Source: Phoronis australis
Taxonomy: Eukaryota > Animalia > Phoronida
Direction: 5' to 3'
Assembly (NCBI GenBank): GCA_002633005.1
Contig: NMRA01000312.1
Coordinates: 143,850 to 207,849, forward strand
DNA: 64,000 bases
A program made the translations under genes and the position numbers. A model generated the notes under the pieces. That model searched no databases. It was not told where the DNA came from and saw only the letters and a program-made list of their open reading frames with translations. How positions within the stretch are numbered: position 1 is the first letter of the stretch; every line of letters starts with the position of its first letter. Below are positions 27,544-40,575 of this stretch, piece after piece.

Positions 27544-29912
27544 AATATTGCCAGTAATAGGATGTTGTATTAAGAGACATTGCTTTTGAGGCTTTAAAAC
27601 ACAATTTGGAGTTTGCAGGGATCAACTTAGTTATTAGCTTTGATCAGAACTATTTAATAATAAAATCCAGTTTTGGGCAAGTTTTTGGGAATCTCCAATT
27701 CTTTTCCTTGTCTACCAGACATTTGTTGAAATCAAGGCCAGTGAGTTAACCAGTAAAATATGTTTAAAAGTTCCCTGCAATTTGTTCATTGGTGTTTATC
27801 TTCACCAACAGAGCATTGAGACTTCGGTGTTAGCATGTTTGATTCTGTGCTGAAGCTAATCTCACTTATCTCACCAACTATGTCACTTTAAGAACTGCGT
27901 AACATGGCCTAGTTTATATTCTGGTAAGTGTTTCTCATTTTCTTTTTTCTGTATCGATCTCTCTTGCTGCCCATGCATTAATCTATTTTGGTTGATTTTG
28001 TGTCAATTATGTAACCAGGTTCTTGGTAATGTATCTAGTAATTATTAATGTTACAGGATGTTTCCCCTAATGGTGTTTACTACGCTGCCCAATGTATGGG
28101 ACTCCTAATTAGTTGAGTAAGCCATCAACTGTGTTTGACTTCCTTAGGTTATCTGTTCAGATTTATGACATTCTGTGTATCGTTTTATTGCAACTCAGTG
28201 AGCCACATAGAATTAGCTTCGATCAACAGGCACAAACAGCAGACTCGGTGTCTGTGACATTGTCTGGGGAAAGAAAGATGAAGGAAGATTTAGTAGTGGA
28301 GAACGTTAGGCAGACCAAACTTCCTTGTGAAAAAAATTAGAAAATCGAGATCTCTCCAGACCTCTGCTGGAAAGCGAGGGTTTGGCGAGTATACTGGGGA
28401 GCTTACTAGACTATCCTAGAAAAATCGTGGCCTCCGAAGTGATTGGTCGGTGAGGTGAGGTTGGAGTTTTGCATTGTGGGATTGAATTCAGTCTCTTCCA
28501 TAAGTGGGGTCTTGTGTTGTGCCATCTATGGAATGCAGCCCTAGTTTACGCTATTTCCGAGTTGTAAAACAAAAGGGAAGAAATAGATATTGATGAGAAC
28601 ATTATCTTGTTGTGAAGGGTCTGGTTGTCATAATTTACACTAATGGTAAATCATGTCAAAAGTCCTGCCATGAGAAGGACTGTTTATATTGCCGGCTGCT
28701 CAGCAATAGAAGATGGACAGATTTGTGTCAAATGGTGAGCAACACATGTTAAGGGAAATAATGACTTATGTACATAAGAAGAAACTTAAGAGGCTAACTT
28801 GTAAATAATAGTGTTAGGCTTGATGACTGCTGATCCATGAAAATTTATCCATGTATCTCATTGATTTGCCTTGTGATTGTTTTTGTAAATAGTATTTGGA
28901 TAACAAACGTGAAAATTAAACACAATGTATTTGTTTTGTTTTGTGTTTGTTATTTTCATGTACACATGCAGTCATGTATACAATGACAATGTCATATTTA
29001 CTGTCAGAGTAATGTTTGGGGCTTTTATGTATTTTCCAAACAGTTGGTTTTAGTTTCTTTATCTGTGGGTTTATGTTGGGACGATGGTTAATTTGTTCTG
29101 ATTGCCGTTGATGCACACATGTGGAGAACAGTGAAGAAAATTAAATGTCCTTATTGGAATTCTAAGCGTGGCGTGAAATGCGAGTAGATTCCTGGAAAAT
29201 TGCGTCAACCGAGTTGGAATTTTTAGCTTCCAGTTATGTTCAGTGCCAGATTGAGACTCTTGGTGGCCTGGGCACGTGGCGTAGGAGATCCTCTATCAAA
29301 ATTCTAAAAAGCTTTGTGAACTATTTGTCAATAGATTTACTTGAAAAGATGCTATAAAGCCATCCTCTGTCAGAAAAAAAAATATTAAAAATATTGATTT
29401 GGACTACATGTACTTTCCATCTAAAGATTGGTCTCCATTTGTCTAGTACTCGGGCAAGAAGTGAATTCTAGGCTTGGGAGAACTGACGGTAGAGACCATG
29501 TTGGGCGCATGAAGTGGCCATCGATGTCAGCTGCCTTGTCCCTGGCGACGCCACATCTTCTAAAGGCCAGAATACACTTCTGATATACGAAACAAATAAG
29601 ATACCACTGATATCGGTTGCGTTTTTTACAGAAGGAAGGCGGTTTCGTATAGGTCAGGAGTGAATAGTTGCAAGGATAATGGACTGCAAGCGTGTGCACG
29701 AGCATCCTTGAATCTTGTTTAACTCAGTTGCACGAACACAAATCATTGGCATGGTTATTTAATCTCTTTCTGAAGTCTCTTTGATGTGGTGATGTGATAA
29801 CATCATAAAATATGTATTTGTGCTAATCTTTGATCCTATTTACATTTGGCACGGCGTTTCGGTCGGCCATTTCTCCGGCCATCGCCAGGTGTATTCTTCC
29901 TTGAAGAACGCG

Positions 29913-30050
29913 CACGGGTGTATGGTACACTCGGCACGGGTGTATGGTACACTCACGGGTTTATGGCACACTCAAGGGTGTATGGTACACTCACGGGTGT
30001 ATGGTACACTCACGGGTGTATGGTACACTCACTGGTGTATGGTACATTCA
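29913..30050. repeat. 19-bp minisatellite (CACGGGTGTATGGTACACT)n, ~7 copies
   Basis: Seen by direct inspection. Confidence 0.95.
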
Positions 30051-30099
30051 TGGTGGTCAATGATAAGCACTTTTTATTAGCGCAAATCTGTATGACTTG

Positions 30100-30160
30100 A
30101 CGGTGTAGTGAATATAGTGCTGGACTGACAGTCTAAAGTTCCGAGGTTCAACCCCAGCTT
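30100..30160 (+). mobile_element. tRNA-derived SINE head remnant
   Basis: A-box-like CGGTGTAGTG and B-box-like GGTTCAACCCC at tRNA-like spacing; no intact acceptor stem. Confidence 0.45.
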
Positions 30161-30456
30161 CAGTGCTTCACTAGAAATAATAAAAAGCAGGGCGGATCCA
30201 GGATTTTTTAAATGGGGGTAGAATCAAGGATTATTTAAACAGGGGGCCCAAGTCAACAATTTGAAGATTCTAGATTTGAGATCTCTAAAATCGAGGGAAA
30301 AGGGGCCCGGAACCCCCCGGATCACTGACCACCATGAGTGTACCTAACGCCCTTGCTCGTTCTTCTGTGAACGCTGTTTTACCTGAAAGTGGCCAGAGAA
30401 CTGCAACGTCGTGCCAATATAAATAGGTTGGAAATGGTGTAAACAAACCACTGGAT

Positions 30457-30760
30457 TTTAGAAATGAGTTTGTAGTCATCTGAGGCTGTTTTCATTTAGA
30501 AATGAGTATGTAGTCATCTGAGGCTGTTTTCATTTAGAAATGAGTATGTAGTCATCTGAGGCTGTTTTCATGAGTTTGTAGTCATCTGAGGCTGTTTTCA
30601 TTTAGAAATGAGTATGTAGTCATCTGAGGCTGTTTTCATTTAGAAATGAGTATGTAGTCATCTGAGGCTGTTTTCATTTTGAAATGAGTATGTAGTCATC
30701 TGAGGGTGTTTTCATTTTGAAATGAGTATGTAGTCATCTGAGGGTGTTTTCATTTTGAAA
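30457..30760. repeat. 38-bp minisatellite (GAAATGAGTATGTAGTCATCTGAGGCTGTTTTCATTTA)n, ~8 copies
   Basis: Seen by direct inspection; one unit has a short deletion near 30570. Confidence 0.97.
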
Positions 30761-31029
30761 AATATAGCTCGCGTCAAAACTTGGTTTCGGTCGCGTGATT
30801 CAATGGTTCATGCAGATGATTCTGATAATACGTGGGTGATGCGTAAGATTGATTGCCACGTACCCTCGGGTTACTTTGAAATAGTTACACGTTACACGCT
30901 TGGCATGTCCACTGAGCCGATGCACTTGCGGCACAGTGACAACAAATACGATCGTTTAAGAAACTAAAATTAAACTTAAAAAGACACCAAACCGTGTATT
31001 GACCTATTAACATTTATTATATGACCGTC

Positions 31030-31375
31030 ACATCTAATTTTCTGAAACAAAATAATGGACTGTAACCCTCGACAACCTCCAAAGGTTGAAGCAGTGTCTT
31101 ACAAAGTCTGTTAAACAGGCAAGCGTGACCAGCGCTTTAGACGAATAACTCAACAACTGTTGGTAGACACCCACCACTGACGACCATAATATCCTATCTG
31201 TGACACAGCTGGTACGACCTTTCAGTAGAGAATCCTTCATTGGTCACTCAAAATGAGACGCTGCTGTTGCAGTAGTCGGGACAGTACGAGGATTGGTTGA
31301 AATCACCAAATCACCCAATCGCTATGAATATGCTTTTTGAAATTTTACTGATTTGTAGTTAAATTGAATAAAGTT
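31030..31375 (+). mobile_element. Possible highly decayed Penelope-like 3' end
   Basis: Weak GIY-YIG C-terminal traces (TSALDE*L, DHNILS, RESF), a hammerhead-like hairpin at ~31247-31290 and AATAAA at 31367. Confidence 0.3.
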
Positions 31376-34300
31376 TCTATTTCATATTTAATCTTTTTTA
31401 CTTTTCTTTGTACTAGGGTCCGTGCATTTGCGGAGTAGGAGAGGGGGGCATCACCAAACCTCTGCACGCTACTGACTGGTACAAAATGTTTTATGAATTT
31501 CATTGGAGGTTAATTTCACGAAGCTCCGCCACACGTACGTTGCTGAATTTAGAAAATCTTCATAAGAATGACCCCATTGTAACGAGCTATTGATCTGACA
31601 TGGGTCCAAATTTGTGACCCTCATTTGTCAGTTATGCAACTATGGAAGGCGAGTGGATACAACTGCGATGATAATGTCAATAATGGTTACGGGAAATTCG
31701 TCTTCCCTCGCGTGCGACGTCGCTCTCGTGCTTCACTTCACACCACATGCAAATGTGAACGACTAAAGTACAGATACCCTTCTATATTTATTCCACATCG
31801 GGGTTTATGCTGATCTCACTAAAAATTTAATAGACCTACTCAACGAACGTGCTACTCCCAACTGTAGGCCTATAATAGAGCATTCTTTTACCGAGAGCAT
31901 GTGGGAAGCAATTGTTTGAATAAATTATAAAATATACATGTACGTACAAATGCTAATCATAATATGTGCATACTCAGTTTTGCCAGGTATTGTTTATTTG
32001 AAACAGATCTCACAAGAAGCATTTTATAACTATTTTTGCCAACGCGTTCACTATTCAATTTGTTGAGCATGGTCAAGGCTAGACTGCTTATAGAATTCTC
32101 TGAAGGGAATTGAAGGTCGTGATCGGAACGGACGCTTCATTTGAACGAGTCAGTGACGTCAAGTATCATTTGTCCTGAAACCCCTGCCCATTGTAGTCTG
32201 CTCATGTGCCGCGAATTTAACCAGCGTCTTTTCAACTGGCTTTTGGTCTTGGCGGCATTTTCTTCTATATTTTGAGGAAGCATGTGCTTTTGAGTTCAGC
32301 TGACGATTTAATTGTTTCATTTTTAAGCAAAGCAAGTTTACTCACTTGCGAAACTCCAGTTGCTTCCATTACAAATTGAGACCTCTTCGAAGGCAATTCT
32401 ACGCCACTTTTTTTCAACACTGAAACCCAAGCTTCCTACGTTACAGCAAAATACAACCCAACTTTCAATTCCTGTGTGGCACCCATAACTATGTCCGCTG
32501 ATAGTAATTCCAAACATATGACCGCTCGGAACAGTCACTGTTTGAAATGAATCAGCTGAATAAATTTCAATTTCTAGCGGAGAATTGCTATCTTGTTGCG
32601 TTTGTTTCAAGAATACTGGAGTCAGCTGGATTCGAAAGTGCCTTTGTTTTCTGATCTCGGCATCTTTTTAAAATACAGGGTGTCCACGAATTCATGATAC
32701 CGACTAAAATGCTTTCTGTGTCAGATTTAAGGAGCTGAGAAGTTAAGAAACCCAGCCCCCATCAAGAATGCTATTCACCAAAGAACAGAAAATTTTCTGG
32801 CTTTTTGCGTGGTTAAAAAAANGTATGAGGGCGTGAATTGATGGGTTATGGCTAGCTCGTGTCAAACTTTATATAAGCTGGAAAATCAAAGAGCGTGTAA
32901 CAATGAAATTTGTCTCCGTCCCAACAACATAAATGGGCACTACCTTTTTCAGTAGTATTTCCAACTTTTTTGCACTTCCAAAAGTGTGCCCAATAAAGTA
33001 TGATCTTAATATCAACGAGAGGCAACGTACCAAATGTCAAATGGTCTGCAAGCGAAAAATTGTCAACGTGCACGTGTTACGTCGTGATTAATTACAAAAC
33101 TAGTCAAGTACTGGTTGTGCGAAAACGTTTTCACCTGCTCTAATGAGCTAGCACGGATACTTCTTAGAGTGTTCCTCAAAGTCTGTTTATCACTAATTAC
33201 TTCAGGTACATCATGTGCGTATATGAACCACTGTAAAATGCACAAACTCGGTTTAGATGCACTTTTTTGAAGCCCATCACACGTGACACGCAGTTGTACA
33301 TCCAACAGCAGATGGCCATTCTCAGATCAGTTTACCAATGCACTTGTATATTTTTGCTCCATGTAGAAGACTTAGAAGGGCCGAAAACCTGTTTTTCGAA
33401 GAGCCAATATGGCTTAAGCTAGTTTACGGACGGCTTAGCCTGCTTCACGAGATCAAAAAGCTGACAGAAAATTTGCCTATAACTCGAAGTCAAAGACAAA
33501 AATCCGTAGTGTGCTTAAACAGTCAAAGGATAAAGCCTTTCAGGGACGGACGAAATTCAGCTTTTGACTAGTTGTAGTCAGATTTCTGACTTTTGGCTGA
33601 CGACAAAAGCCGATAGTCTCTTCGCCAAACAACCCCTAGTAATGCGTACTGTATAATGATTACACAATGCAAATTCGATCGCGGTTTGTCAACTGTGTCC
33701 ACCTTTATCAAGTCGAAAAACGCCGCTACTTAGTGAAGAGGTATAAGCTCACAAGTGTATCGACACGCCAAACTAGCTTATCAAGACTAAGTACAATACT
33801 GATGATGTACATGTATACGCTAGATTTAGAAATTTAACAAAATTCAATGTTTTGCCACTCTACGTGCGTCCACGTCCCAGTAATGAACCCTTCTTCTGCC
33901 ACTCTATATGCGTCCACCCCCGCCTACTTCTCGCCGTTATAAAACTGGTTCCAACTTATTCCTTTTTCAGAAAAAAGACGATTCATGGACTTGAGAAAGA
34001 CTGGTAGTTGTAATGGTTTGAAATCAGACTCAGTGAGTTGGCTTATCACGCCGGGTCTCGGCAGCATTATCGAACTGCAAGCTCTTCCGGCCAAGAATCA
34101 TTATCCATCTGAGTAAGAAACAAGTAAGTTGATGCCATATAGCCGTAAGTCTACATGCATGTGGTCTGAAACCAATAGCCACCTTTATTAACATATGTTT
34201 TTCGATATTTTCTGCTTATTAGACCACGTAATTACTAGGACCTGTACGTTTTAGGTTGCCAATTTAGACAGCCGAAAATAGCGGTGAGATCGTTATAACG

Positions 34301-35778
34301 ACTTAAGTGTCGAAACCAGTTAAAACTAATACTCCAAGACTGGGTTGCATAAAACTTCAAAACATTTTCACTTGATAATTTTGTTGCTGCATGACGTTGG
34401 AACAGAAGCATTTTACTACAGTGGGAGCGTGAAACTCGGAATAGGCTGCAACACTTGTCGTCACCCAACTTGGTAACGACGAACTAATGGATAACCGAAT
34501 TAACGGAGGAGATTTCAATGTTGACGTTAGTTTATATATACTGCAATCTAATGTCATCGATGTTTCCCTGTGTAAAACTTTCATATAACTGTTTTAATTT
34601 TACTACCCGTTCTATTACTAACGTGTTTCTCCTTATCTGTAACATTTTACCTACTCATTCGTTTGCCATTTATTCAACGTTCTTCCTATGGTTAAATCTT
34701 CGAATATGAAAGGAGTTGAATGATAGTTGCATTGTTTTTTGAAATAATACAACTATCATTCAACTCAAAGTCCTAGGATTCAATATTAAGAACAAAATGT
34801 TTTGATGTCGGAATCATTCTTTTCACTTCTTGTTTTCAACAGTTTCAAATAGCTATACCCATCTCATAATAATTTAATCGGACTGATTATCAAGTGCATT
34901 TTTGTTTTTAACCAACTGGCTTTCCAACTGCACCTAGCGACTTCTTAAAGTTCAAAATTAAATTTGTCTGCCTCAATGGCAAATGGTGAAAATTATTCTT
35001 CATGGTTTCGCATTGATGAATCAGCGCTTCGTAAGAGTAGCTTACAAAACATTCACATCAAATGGAAGGTCAGTGTTATTTAAAAACGAGTTACGCATTA
35101 CTCTCTATCGGTTTTTATCGATTCAAGAGCTTTGCAAGTTATTAGTCTAAACTCATTACGTCTGCTAGCTATAGTTGACTGGTGCACCGGTGCCTAGCGA
35201 GACACAGTCAAGTGTTCTCTTTAGGAAAACAAGTCGCCTTTCAAACTGCCAAAACAAAGTTTGAGGTAAGTTTTCGTTAAATTCGAGTTCTTTAAATATT
35301 TTAAAATTTCATGTTTTTGCTGACGACGTGTGACATGGCGGTAGGCGGTTTTCAGAGTCAAAATCTCCCCGGCACATACACGTAGATCTGGTACACGTGC
35401 GGTAGCGCTCCACATTCCAGATTGCTTGGTTTTCGTGCTTTTTACAATGGATTGCGTCGTTTTGGCTTTTTCTTAAAGAAACAAGTCTACCCATTGATCC
35501 CAAAATTGCTGTCTTTGTAGCATAACCATTGTGGTAGATTCAGGGGTGTTTAAACGAGATGGCTATTACCTTGGGACAACCGTTTTCACGCAACGGCACG
35601 CGTTGAAAGTTTTGAGTTGATTTTGCGACGGTCTCGAAGAACGATTCATGGAAAAAACCTAGTCAGCACATTCTGTTATCTCAGGATACGTTGCACGTAA
35701 TTGGACTCGTAGGTGTTGTTTTTGTGGCTTTTAGTGACAAGCCGCGTCATTTTTATTTCATTGTACTTTGTACAGCTG

Positions 35779-35932
35779 GGCCCAGTTGCGGCATATATAT
35801 TATAGGCCGTATAGCAACAATTTCGTCGCGATTATCACGCGTCACGTTGTTATTGTTGAACAATGCACCTGACGTCATGCAACAATTAAACTTATCCAGC
35901 GGATAACTTTTTAAGCTTTAAGCAACTCAGCC
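35779..35932. mobile_element. Harbinger-like MITE (copy 1)
   Basis: GGCCCAGTTGC...GCAACTCAGCC with CTG on both sides; clearly homologous to 45781-45931. Confidence 0.8.
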
Positions 35933-36099
35933 CTGGTCTTTTTTGATTCAGTACAGCTCAAGCTATACGTCTTCAGTGATCTCGTGAAATTTTACTAATT
36001 TTTAGTCTTATGGTCTTGACTGTGGTTATTTTTAGGCCAAGGTAATAATTGAAAACGATGACTGGTTGTCAGCATTAGTTGACTTACTGGCGTGTTCGT

Positions 36100-36355
36100 C
36101 ATGCGCGCACCCAGTCTTCAATATGGGGGTGGGGGCTCGAATTCCTGACGTTGTGGACCTTTTGCCGGTAACAAAGAGCGGGTGGACTAAAAAAAAAACA
36201 CTGTGAATTGCCCGTTTGCGCTTGTTTAGTGGACTTTTGTCTCATTTTCTCGGATTTTTGTCTCTGTCACAAGCGGACCTTTTCAGTTGTCCACTTCGTC
36301 AAATGGGGGCGGGGGCTCGTTCGAACCCGGCCGAGCCCCCCTGGGTGCGCGCATG
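36100..36355. mobile_element. MITE with perfect 15-bp inverted ends
   Basis: CATGCGCGCACCCAG...CTGGGTGCGCGCATG; flanks TTCGT/TTCAT form a 5-bp target duplication with one CpG-type change. Confidence 0.82.
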
Positions 36356-38029
36356 TTCATTTATTCTCACATTTGACGATGTTATGAGAACGAGGAGTTT
36401 GGACGTGTTTATAAATTGTAAACATGACACAGATTAACGCCAAAACATCTATCTGTTTTTTGTTAAGACTGTTCGTAGCAATAGACTTCACTTTTCATTA
36501 CCCAGTTTCAGAATGTGAACATAGCATTACATTGTCGTGATGGGTTGTCCAGAGTTGCCCTACTGACAACTCAGAAAACCTTAAGTCTTTCCTTTCGATT
36601 ACTTTTTATTGTTTGGTACTTTAAACGGACAGCATTAATATACGAGTAGCTTAGACATATGAAGACATTTGATTTCATTTTCGTCCTTTTCCATTGATAG
36701 TGGAGCGCATGCTCTCTAAAACCCTAAGTTCGCTTCACCGTCATGGTCATAAAATCGTTATGAAAACGATCCTGACCTCGCCTCTTAAGATCCCGTTATC
36801 TCCCGGACTAGCAAACATCACGTGCAGTATTACATACCCCTAAACTACACACACGCACCGAAAATACTCCATATCCAATGATGGAACTCCATACCAGGGT
36901 ACCATGAGATTCCTCACCATGGTCCGCCGGGTCTGGAGTTTGGACACTGGGTTTTAGAGATTAGACATTAGGAGAAAGTATTGAATTTGTTTCGAAGGTT
37001 CGCTGGTCTGGTACTGGTGCCTTAGGGGAAACGAATCGGGAATTTGGAATCGAGACACTGAAGTCGTTTCTACCGGCCTGATTTTACGATCTTTAGGGTG
37101 CAGACGAACCTCCATGACACACGGATCTTGGAAATCTTGGGTTTCAAGGTACTGTCGCGTAGTGCGTTCACTGAGAACACAAGGCAGTGATGCGGCATTT
37201 TACTGATAAAAATTTATTGCATCCAATGGTCTGCAAGATACGGTGTAGTGATCGACTTAATCAAGGCAAAATAAAAATTGTTGATACCTTCAAAAACTTT
37301 GTAGAACTCAAACATTTTGGAAGACCTTGTCGAAACTGTGAAGCTGACACAGGCCTAGATGATGACGCAAGCCTATAAAGCAGACGGCACGTATAATTAT
37401 TCCTTAGTGCAAAATTGCGACTGAAACTTTCAAGTCCGCATGCCCGCGGCATGGTCTGATCCAGCTAATGTACCGATGCACTTAAAACTCGTCATTTCCA
37501 AGAAATCTATGGCTCCAGACGGAATAACACGAATTCGCACTGGGTTTGAATTATGTACTTGAAAGAGATGGTCAATGAAGCCACTGAAAAGCCCTTAGTA
37601 CCACCTTGTGTTGTTTTGGTGAAACTCTTCCGTGAGTCAGATGTGTCGGCAACAAGCAACTGACTATGTTCTTCACGAAAGTGTCAAGTTCAAGCCCTGT
37701 TAACGTTATACAAATAAGTTTATGTTTTACCATCGCACGAAACATATCCGATTCCATGAAAGTTGACGAACGTGCCCGGTCAACTGAGTCTCCACCAGGT
37801 AACGCTGTGGGTGTTACGTGAAGGAACACAAAATTCTGCAACCATGATTTGTTATAATAGCAATAAGTATAATCAATTTCAAATAAATGAATCTTTGAAT
37901 TTACAGAAAAGCAACAAGCTATTCAGTATTGGTTAAAAATAAGATGTCATACAAGCGTCCGATTTAATCGTTCAAACTTTCGAATGGATCAAGTTGACAT
38001 TTCACGACTGAGCACTTCTGGTCACTTAA

Positions 38030-38387
38030 AGCTGCAGCACGTCCATTTTGCTGGCTGAAGAACGAGAATGGAATGAGGCTTTTCACCTAGATAAAATCGG
38101 TCTCACAACATTGCGTACCGTGATGGGGTGCCATTTCTCAATGTTACCAACTAAAATTGCAGACATTTAGCATGCATCGATTTTCGAATCTAGCAGTTTT
38201 AGGGTTGGCCAGCCCCAATAAACTCGGAAGCGTTTTCTTGAGTCGACGAAGGTTTCAATATTCTTATATATGGCAAAGATGTAACTCTGTGCCACGGTAA
38301 AAATATTGTGAGACGGGTTTTAAGGTGAAAGAGCAAAAAGCCTTATTCAATTTTCGTTTGGTCTCCTGAACAGGGCGAAAAACAGCT
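38030..38387. mobile_element. TTAA-flanked (Kolobok-like) non-autonomous element
   Basis: TTAA|AGCTGCAGCACGTCC...GGGCGAAAAACAGCT|TTAA. Confidence 0.5.
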
Positions 38388-40179
38388 TTAATTATTTCCA
38401 GTCACTGCAGCTGTGGAAACTCACGACCGTCGACTAACGGACTCAACGTTAATTAGCTACACGGACCAATGTACTGTAGGTTTTGATATAACCGAAAATA
38501 TTTGTGATAGTAAGAAAATACAAGGCTTTCAATTTTCGAGAAATGTGTGTATAAATTTCTCTATTAACTGTTTACGTAACATTTAATCAGCAGTTTTCAA
38601 TTTTTGATGCTGTGCCAAAACTTTTAAGTTGCGAATTCACCAAAAAAAAAAAAACTGTAACGAATTTTATTGATGCAAAGTTCAAGAACTCGCCCTTAGA
38701 CTATTTTTGATGCAACCTGTAAATCTCTGCCCTTGTGCGAACTGAATAGTTTTATAGGTGTATGTACCCACAGGTAGCCTACAAGAAATGATATGCTTGG
38801 TAGAATTTTACAATTCATATAACCACCCATTTTCCTCAGAACAATTACGTGGTACAAATTTATCATCTTATGACTAGCGGCATTTTAGTGCTATTGTCGC
38901 CACGTAATTTAAAAATCTCGTCTTTGCAAGTTATATCACGAAGAGACAACCACTGCTTAACCACCAGGAGAATACAATGTCAATAGTCCCGTCCTCGATT
39001 CAACTTACCTGTGTCGCGGAGGTAGAAAAATGCACTGCATGACTGACCTGGTTTTCACAATGTCGGGGAATCCTGAGTTGATTAATGCTGCATTTCCTCC
39101 TGCTTAATTGACTAAAATGAAAGCCGAATTAGACCTTATACTTTCGTAACATTTCCTAACCTGACGGGGTTCTGTTTCCGTTGTCAACATGAACATAAAA
39201 TCACGAGTGACTCAAGAAAAATTTATTGGGATTGGATGAACCTGAAACAGTGCATGTACGCGTTGCTTAGGGACTCGAGTTGTAAGGAATATCACTAGAC
39301 CTTTTTCATGAAAGTGAAAGGCGTTCTTACATTTTCGTTTTTTTTTACCCAGCTAAAGAGAACAAAATGCTGTTTTAGAATGGGAAGCACAATGCTACGG
39401 GCATCCAGCACTGATATTTGCTCTTTAGAGTCAAGTTCTTGGTGTCAATCTTGCAACTCAAGATGCAAAGATACAAAATTGTTACAATGATGACTCACAA
39501 AATATTTCGGACAATGAGTAGTACATTTGCCTGAGCGAAGAAACAGAACAAGCGTTTTACGCATCAGTTGCATTTTGCACGAATAACTTAAAACGAATCG
39601 GTGGTGCCGTGCTATTTCAGGTCACACTGTTGGTCTAATTTACTGTCACTCTAAGAGCGTCGAATAGACTACAGGCACGTAACGGCTCTTCATCTAACGT
39701 CAAGGTGTTTTTAAATTCAAAAGTTACGAAAACAATGTCCCACAGCTACGTTAATTAAAACTGAACGAGTTGTCATGTACAATGCACTTGGAAGTGTGCC
39801 TAATTACTACACAAGAAGGGCTAGCCAAGCAATTAGTCTGTAGAATCTTGACTAGGAGGCACATCGATACACATAATCATTGCCACATATTGATAGAGAA
39901 CACTTCGGAATTCATTAGAAAATACGGACAAACCTATCGCACATAAAATTGATGAAATGTGCTTTCACCAAGACAAATTGGCAAGATGCCGTTGCCATGT
40001 AAATGAAATATACAAGGCTAGAAATCGATTTGATGAAAACGAGGAAGGCACTGGTTTCAGTCGATAAACTATGAAAACCAGAAATCCTTTTTCTGTGTTT
40101 TTGGTGATGTTTCTGAGCGCCCGTCATGCATTATCATCAATTTAGGCTTGGTTGAACAAAGAATCTTTGCGGCGTGAAA

Positions 40180-40248
40180 TATACCCAAAGCGTTATACGT
40201 GAAGTATACCCAAAGCGTTATACGTGAAGTATACCCAAAGCGTTATAC
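40180..40248. repeat. 25-bp tandem repeat, ~2.8 copies
   Basis: Unit TATACCCAAAGCGTTATACGTGAAG. Confidence 0.93.
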
Positions 40249-40415
40249 TAGTTCCTTGTATTTTGCACAATCAATGTTGGGAGTCGAAAGCATCTGTTTA
40301 AGAAAACGCCATAGTTGAACAAATTAATTGTTAAAATTCCAACCTTAAGCTTACTTAAAGCAACAAGTTGATTCTTAAATATTCAAATATTCCAGGACCT
40401 AATTTCTATAAGTAA

Positions 40416-40575
40416 GAGGGACGGATCCAGGATCTTGAGTTGGGGGGCCAGGACAGAGTATTAGCCAGGATTTTGCCCGTCAGACATTCGCAACCCCGAA
40501 CTGCCCAATGTAATCTGGTTGAATTTTAGGAGGGGGCATGGCCCCCTTGGTTGGCCCCCTTTAAATCCGCCACTG
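40416..40575. mobile_element. GGCGGATCCAGGA-type MITE
   Basis: Ends GAGGGACGGAT / ATCCGCCACTG; flanks AGTAA/CGTAA; related to 30188-30326. Confidence 0.55.

Larger units (their letters stand above)
29833..30428. mobile_element. Inverted-repeat element with nested insertions
   Basis: Left arm CCTATTTACATTTGGCACGGCGTT...GAAGAACGCGCACGGG...CATGGTGGTCAATGA is the reverse complement of 30322-30428. Confidence 0.65.

Noticed and set aside
30100-30160. tRNA gene
   Set aside because: It has A/B-box-like motifs but no complete cloverleaf or acceptor stem, so I treated it as a SINE remnant.
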